The notes below the pieces were generated by a model. It had not been told where the DNA came from and searched no databases. It saw only the letters and a program-made list of their open reading frames with translations. This document shows, piece by piece, positions 59,664 to 64,000 of a stretch of 64,000 bases of DNA. The DNA is taken from the IMG/VR virus record IMGVR_UViG_3300032242_003291, positions 248,001-312,000 of that record; one strand, 5' to 3'. The position numbers and the translations under genes are program-made. Numbering within the stretch: position 1 is the stretch's first letter; each line of letters opens with the position of its first letter.

Positions 59664-60428
59664 TTAAACCCAAAAATCGATATTTAGCCATTCGTCATTT
59701 ACTGTATGACAATTTATTGATGGTTGTACTGTCCCTATTTTACAACTCTCACTATTAATTAAATTAATTAAATCTTCGTCATTTTTATAGTTTAAAATAC
59801 ACGGATATTTATAAAAATTTTCATTTAGTATTGTTTTTCTACCCATTAATGCCATTTCTATTGCTGTTGCCATTCCATTACCGTCAGACAAATTTAAGTT
59901 AAGAAAAGATTTATCGTAATAATTATTTTTCAAATAATTTATATCATAGTAATCATTAATATTAAAATGATTCGTAGTTATTATTTCATAATTAATTTGT
60001 TTTTGTATTTGTTTTAATTTTTCAACGTTAAATTGATTACTCCATCCATTTTTAAAACCAGTATATGCATATATTTTATCCCCCAAAACATTAGGTTCAA
60101 ACAATGAGTAATCTTTAACTTCTATCGTTACGTTTCTACAATTAACATTATCAGGTATTTTTGAAATTAATCTAACTTCTTCTAATATATTAATAATGAA
60201 CAAATCATCTGTATTTGTGACTATATCAAAATTTGGTAGGTCATATGGGTTTGTAAGAAATATAAATTTGTATGATTTATGATTTTGTATTTGATGAGAT
60301 AATTCGTTTCCGCCAAAAAATATACATGGTTTGTTCACATCATAATATTCATCAAAATTATATCTTTCAATAAAACCTTTTTTAAAAAAATTAACAGAAG
60401 GGGCAACAAGTGTTTGAGATATTCTCAT
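59664..60428 (-). CDS. putative GT-B-like glycosyltransferase
   Basis: DGNGMATAIEMALMGRK resembles the GT-B E-x7-E region. Confidence 0.45.
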   Translation of the reverse strand: MRISQTLVAPSVNFFKKGFIERYNFDEYYDVNKPCIFFGGNELSHQIQNHKSYKFIFLTNPYDLPNFDIVTNTDDLFIINILEEVRLISKIPDNVNCRNVTIEVKDYSLFEPNVLGDKIYAYTGFKNGWSNQFNVEKLKQIQKQINYEIITTNHFNINDYYDINYLKNNYYDKSFLNLNLSDGNGMATAIEMALMGRKTILNENFYKYPCILNYKNDEDLINLINSESCKIGTVQPSINCHTVNDEWLNIDFWV

Positions 60429-60502
60429 TATATTATTATTTTTTTTATTTTTTATTTATTTTTGAATTTGACAGCAACACCCACATTCAAATAACGCTAA
60501 TT

Positions 60503-61129
60503 TCATTTTTTCTTATAATAAGAATATTCACCAAAATCGCCAACCAACTCACAATGTGGTGTTAAAAATTTATTAATAGAATTACGAACACTATCCCAAC
60601 TGGAATCGTCCATAATAATATATCCTCCCTTCTTAACTAAAGGTAAATAAAGTAAAATGTCTCTTGATACATTCATCTCATTGTGATTTCCGTCAATATG
60701 TAATACATCTATCGATTCTTTTTCAAAATGAATGAATGAGTCCTCTGATGGTTCTCTAATTATTGTAATTGTTTTCGATAAATCATTATTTTCAATAATT
60801 TCACAAACATTTTTGTAAATTGAATCAAAGGTTTCTTGTCCTTTTAATAATTCGTTATAAAAAAATTCTTCTTGATTTTTATCCCAAAAAGGGATTTCAT
60901 TTTTTGACATTTCAAAAGACCATGGGTCAATACCAATAATTTTTCCTTCAATTTTTTCTAAAACCTCTGCAAAAGAAAATAAAGAACTACCTTTATACAC
61001 TCCAATTTCAACACAAACTTTACTGTGAGTTGTTTTAATTAAATTATGTATAAGATTTCTTTTCTCATCAATACACCAACCTCCTTGGTCATAAACATCA
61101 TTTTTAATTAATCCTCTTAAATTTCTCAT
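60503..61129 (-). CDS. class I SAM-dependent methyltransferase (Methyltransf_24-like)
   Basis: VEIGVYKGSS, IGIDPW, IDVLHIDGNH, GGYIIMDD. Confidence 0.85.
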   Translation of the reverse strand: MRNLRGLIKNDVYDQGGWCIDEKRNLIHNLIKTTHSKVCVEIGVYKGSSLFSFAEVLEKIEGKIIGIDPWSFEMSKNEIPFWDKNQEEFFYNELLKGQETFDSIYKNVCEIIENNDLSKTITIIREPSEDSFIHFEKESIDVLHIDGNHNEMNVSRDILLYLPLVKKGGYIIMDDSSWDSVRNSINKFLTPHCELVGDFGEYSYYKKK

Positions 61130-61130
61130 G

Positions 61131-61835
61131 TTATTTTTTTTGTATTATAATTTTTATATTATCGTAACTATCGTAGTGTGTCCCAATTAGTTTCCAATCG
61201 GTGTTACCTTTCAAAACGTGTTGGTAAATATGAACCCCTTTACCGACCATTGGATAAGGAATAACCATATTATCTTCTTGACCATTAGCATGAAACCACT
61301 GAACATATGTACCTTGTTTATAATTGTCATCGATTACAATAATACTACCTTTTAACATTTTTGATTCGATTGCTTTAAACTCTTCCCAACCATGTAATGC
61401 ACTTGGAAATGCATCAAATAAATTAAAATCCCAACTGTCTAAATGGACAAAATTAGGTATTTCTTCAATATTTTTTAAAAACGAAACAGAATCACTTACG
61501 TGTATTGAATAATCCAAATTAGGAATAGCATCTTCAAATATTTTTACACTTTTTTCAACAATGTTAGATGAGATGTCAACTGACGTCATTTTACCATTTG
61601 TGTTTTTTGCAACATACCCTAAAAAAAGACCAAATAACCCATCGTTATAGTTTGATGATGCTCCAGTTTCTAAAACAATCAATTTATCAAAATTGAATTC
61701 ATCATTAATTGAGTCAATAACTGTTTCACATTGTTGTCTCCTAATTCTGTGTGCATTTGAATTTTCATAATCAAAAATGACTGTCTTCATATGACTTAAG
61801 TATTCCTCATATCCCTCTAAAAAATTTTGTTTCAT
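61131..61835 (-). CDS. class I SAM-dependent methyltransferase-like protein
   Basis: VLETG, SVDI, DSVSFL, HLDSWD, IVIDDN...GKG. Confidence 0.75.
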   Translation of the reverse strand: MKQNFLEGYEEYLSHMKTVIFDYENSNAHRIRRQQCETVIDSINDEFNFDKLIVLETGASSNYNDGLFGLFLGYVAKNTNGKMTSVDISSNIVEKSVKIFEDAIPNLDYSIHVSDSVSFLKNIEEIPNFVHLDSWDFNLFDAFPSALHGWEEFKAIESKMLKGSIIVIDDNYKQGTYVQWFHANGQEDNMVIPYPMVGKGVHIYQHVLKGNTDWKLIGTHYDSYDNIKIIIQKK

Positions 61836-61952
61836 TATTTATATATTTTGTATTTTGATAAATCAGGATATGGTAATTCCAAATCTACATTATGTTTTTT
61901 ACTTCCATTTAAATTATAAAATAAAGTCATCATAAGTAATCCCTTGTACCAT
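61835..61952 (-). pseudogene. internally deleted copy of the DegT aminotransferase gene
   Basis: ATGGTACAAGG start fused out of frame to LLMMTLFYNLNGSKKHNVDLELPYPDLSKYKIYK*, homologous to 57921-58036. Confidence 0.85.
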
Positions 61953-62008
61953 TTAATTTAAGTTTTGGATTGAAAATATAATTGATATGCATTATATTTT
62001 CAACATTA
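61953..62008. repeat. second copy of the degT/GT4 intergenic region
   Basis: TTAATTTAAGTTTT.GATT.AAAATATAATTGA.ATG..TTATATTTTCAAC also at 58566-58617. Confidence 0.8.
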
Positions 62009-62024
62009 AAAAGACATAATTGAA

Positions 62025-64000
62025 ATGAGTAAATCAAAAATTTTTGCACATGGTTCCTATGTTGGTAACACAGGATATAATCAACACACAAGAGATTTTT
62101 TCAGACATCTTAGTAAACACGCAGATATAAAAGTTAGAAACTTTACGATAGGTAATTCTTGGAAGGGTTATTCCGAAAGACCACATGATAACGAAACTTA
62201 CTTTAATGCAACCGATGAAAAACTATTATATCAACAAGTTCTTTGGAATGGTGACAACACAAGAAGTAATTTTCCAATTTATTCAGATAAATCAAAAAAT
62301 TTCACACCTGATGTTAACATTATATTATGTGAAACAAATCACCACCTTTTTTATGACCAATACAATGGTCCGAAAATTGCATATAACGTATGGGAGTCTA
62401 CATTGCAACCTAAAGAATACTTCAACAAATTAAAAGAATTTGATGAAATGTGGGTACCATCAAAATGGCAAAGAGACTGTACCATAGCTCAAGGTTATGA
62501 CCCAAACAAAATTAAAGTCGTTCCTGAAGGTGTTGATGTTAATACATTTTACCCCGATAACTCAGTAAATCATCCATTAACAAAAGACAAGTTTACATTC
62601 TTTTTAGCGGGAAGATGGGATTATAGAAAATCTATCAAGGAAATTATTGAAACATTTATAAAGACTTTTAATAACAACGAACCTGTTGAGTTAATTGTTT
62701 CTGTTGATAATCCATTTTCGAATGATGGATTAAACTCAACTGAAGAAAGATTGAAACATTATGGGTTAGAAGATGATAGAATTAAAATTCTCCATTTCCC
62801 ACCAAGAGAGGAATACATTAGATTGTTAAAATCTTGTAATGTATTTGTATCATGCGCAAGAGCAGAAGGTTGGAACTTACCACTTATTGAGGCTATGGCT
62901 TGTGGTACTCCGTCAATTTATTCAGATTGTTCAGGTCAGTTGGAATTTGCAGAGGGTAGAGGTATACCTGTTAAAATATCGCATGAATTACCTGTAAGTG
63001 CTAGTACATATAATCACTTCAACGATAATGTTGGAAACTATTATGAACCTGATTTTTATGATTTGGGTATCAAAATAAAAAATGTGTTTGAGGATTATAA
63101 AAAGTATAAAATTTTTGCATTAGTAGAATCAGAACAAATTAGAGAAGAGTTTAGTTGGGAAAATGTTGCTAAAATAGGTATTGATACTATTAATGATTTT
63201 TTAGACAGAAAACCTTGGTTAAATAAACCAATCAAAACTAATGAAATTAAAATTAGTTATTTAGATGGTCCAAGAGTTGAAGTATCAGGTGACGAAAAGA
63301 AAGATTATTTTGTTGAATTTATTGATAGTACCGATGGAAAGGTAATACATTCTCAAACTATTAGTAATAACATGTGGGTTTCTTGTAGTAAAAAATACTA
63401 TATTCCTTGGATAATTAAAATTAATGGTGAAGTTTACGATGAACTGAATTTAGAAGGAAAAACGGTAATGATTTCACTTGAATCAAAAGCTTTAGGTGAT
63501 ACTATATCTTGGGCACCATATGCTGTTGAATTTCAAAAGAAACATAATTGTAAGGTGTTATTGTCCACTTTCAAAAATAACTTCTTTGAAGGTTTAGAAT
63601 CATATAAAAATATAACCTTTATCAAACCAGGTGAATCTCATGGTTGTGATGTAATATACAGAATCGGTTGGTTTAAAAAAGATAAGAAATGGGAAGATAG
63701 AGACAAAAATCCAAATCAACCAAACTTGATTCCACTTCAACAAGCAGCAACCGACATTTTAGGTTTAGAATATAAAGAACTTAACTTTGGTTTAAATTTT
63801 GAAAAAAAGGAAAAACCTATGGAAAAAGATTATGTAGTGTTCGCACCAAATGCAACTTCAGGTTGTAAAGAGTGGGATTATAATCATTGGGTGACATTAT
63901 CTAAACTCATTAAAGAATTAGGATATGATGTTTTAACATTAACACAAAAACCATTTCACATAGATGGTGTATTAAATATTTGGGATGAACCTTTGGACGT
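62025..64000 (+). CDS. GT4 glycosyltransferase fused to a TibC/Aah-like (autotransporter heptosyltransferase-like) domain; 3' end outside window, not in ORF track
   Basis: MSKSKIFAHGSYVGNTGY..WES..WVPSKW..GRWDYRK..AEGWNLPLIEAMACGTP, then DGPRVE..SKKYY..ALGDTISWAPYAVEFQKKHNCKV..KEW. Confidence 0.85.
   Translation, partial: MSKSKIFAHGSYVGNTGYNQHTRDFFRHLSKHADIKVRNFTIGNSWKGYSERPHDNETYFNATDEKLLYQQVLWNGDNTRSNFPIYSDKSKNFTPDVNIILCETNHHLFYDQYNGPKIAYNVWESTLQPKEYFNKLKEFDEMWVPSKWQRDCTIAQGYDPNKIKVVPEGVDVNTFYPDNSVNHPLTKDKFTFFLAGRWDYRKSIKEIIETFIKTFNNNEPVELIVSVDNPFSNDGLNSTEERLKHYGLEDDRIKILHFPPREEYIRLLKSCNVFVSCARAEGWNLPLIEAMACGTPSIYSDCSGQLEFAEGRGIPVKISHELPVSASTYNHFNDNVGNYYEPDFYDLGIKIKNVFEDYKKYKIFALVESEQIREEFSWENVAKIGIDTINDFLDRKPWLNKPIKTNEIKISYLDGPRVEVSGDEKKDYFVEFIDSTDGKVIHSQTISNNMWVSCSKKYYIPWIIKINGEVYDELNLEGKTVMISLESKALGDTISWAPYAVEFQKKHNCKVLLSTFKNNFFEGLESYKNITFIKPGESHGCDVIYRIGWFKKDKKWEDRDKNPNQPNLIPLQQAATDILGLEYKELNFGLNFEKKEKPMEKDYVVFAPNATSGCKEWDYNHWVTLSKLIKELGYDVLTLTQKPFHIDGVLNIWDEPLD

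Noticed and set aside
57921-61952. Diverged repeat pair as a possible diversity-generating retroelement TR/VR
   Set aside because: Differences are not restricted to adenines, no reverse transcriptase is in the window, and deletion scars explain it
62185-62433. 82 aa plus-strand ORF from the track
   Set aside because: Out-of-frame shadow inside the long GT4 fusion gene starting at 62025
1-64000. Eukaryotic giant virus or bacterial chromosome origin; alternative genetic code
   Set aside because: Sigma-70, amidase, S74 fibres and overlapping operons indicate a phage; TAA, TAG and TGA all end genes without fragmenting them

Overview
A 64 kb, AT-rich (about 30% GC by eye), gene-dense segment of a large tailed-phage (jumbo-type) genome using the standard genetic code. 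The host is most likely a Bacteroidota bacterium: TAnnTTTG promoters, a Bacteroidota-type RpoD-like sigma factor, SprB-like repeats and an Hc1-like protein all point that way. Left to right: a nucleotidyltransferase/APS-kinase pair; late genes whose products share a capsid-targeting-like N-terminal leader, including two HEXXH metallopeptidases; three tandem collagen-like fibre genes with S74 auto-cleaving chaperones; a degenerate MetK-like gene, glutaredoxin, thioredoxin, PcfJ-like protein, Dam-family methylase and DnaJ; head/core and lysis-like genes; the sigma factor; a fused R-M-S restriction-modification gene; DNA repair and replication genes (pyrimidine-dimer glycosylase, unusually split SbcD/SbcC with an RHH-HNH cassette between them, exonuclease, primase, RuvC-like resolvase); Cys-rich, Pro/Thr-rich virion proteins; and an 11 kb glycan-modification island ending in a GT4 + TibC/Aah-like protein glycosyltransferase fusion. 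The strongest candidates for undescribed biology are (1) a phage-encoded virion glycosylation system next to mucin-like structural proteins, (2) a leader-tagged set of head-packaged effector proteins under a TATTTAT promoter, and (3) a MetK pseudo-enzyme. I saw no tRNA, rRNA or CRISPR array. All family calls come from motif recognition, not database searches.
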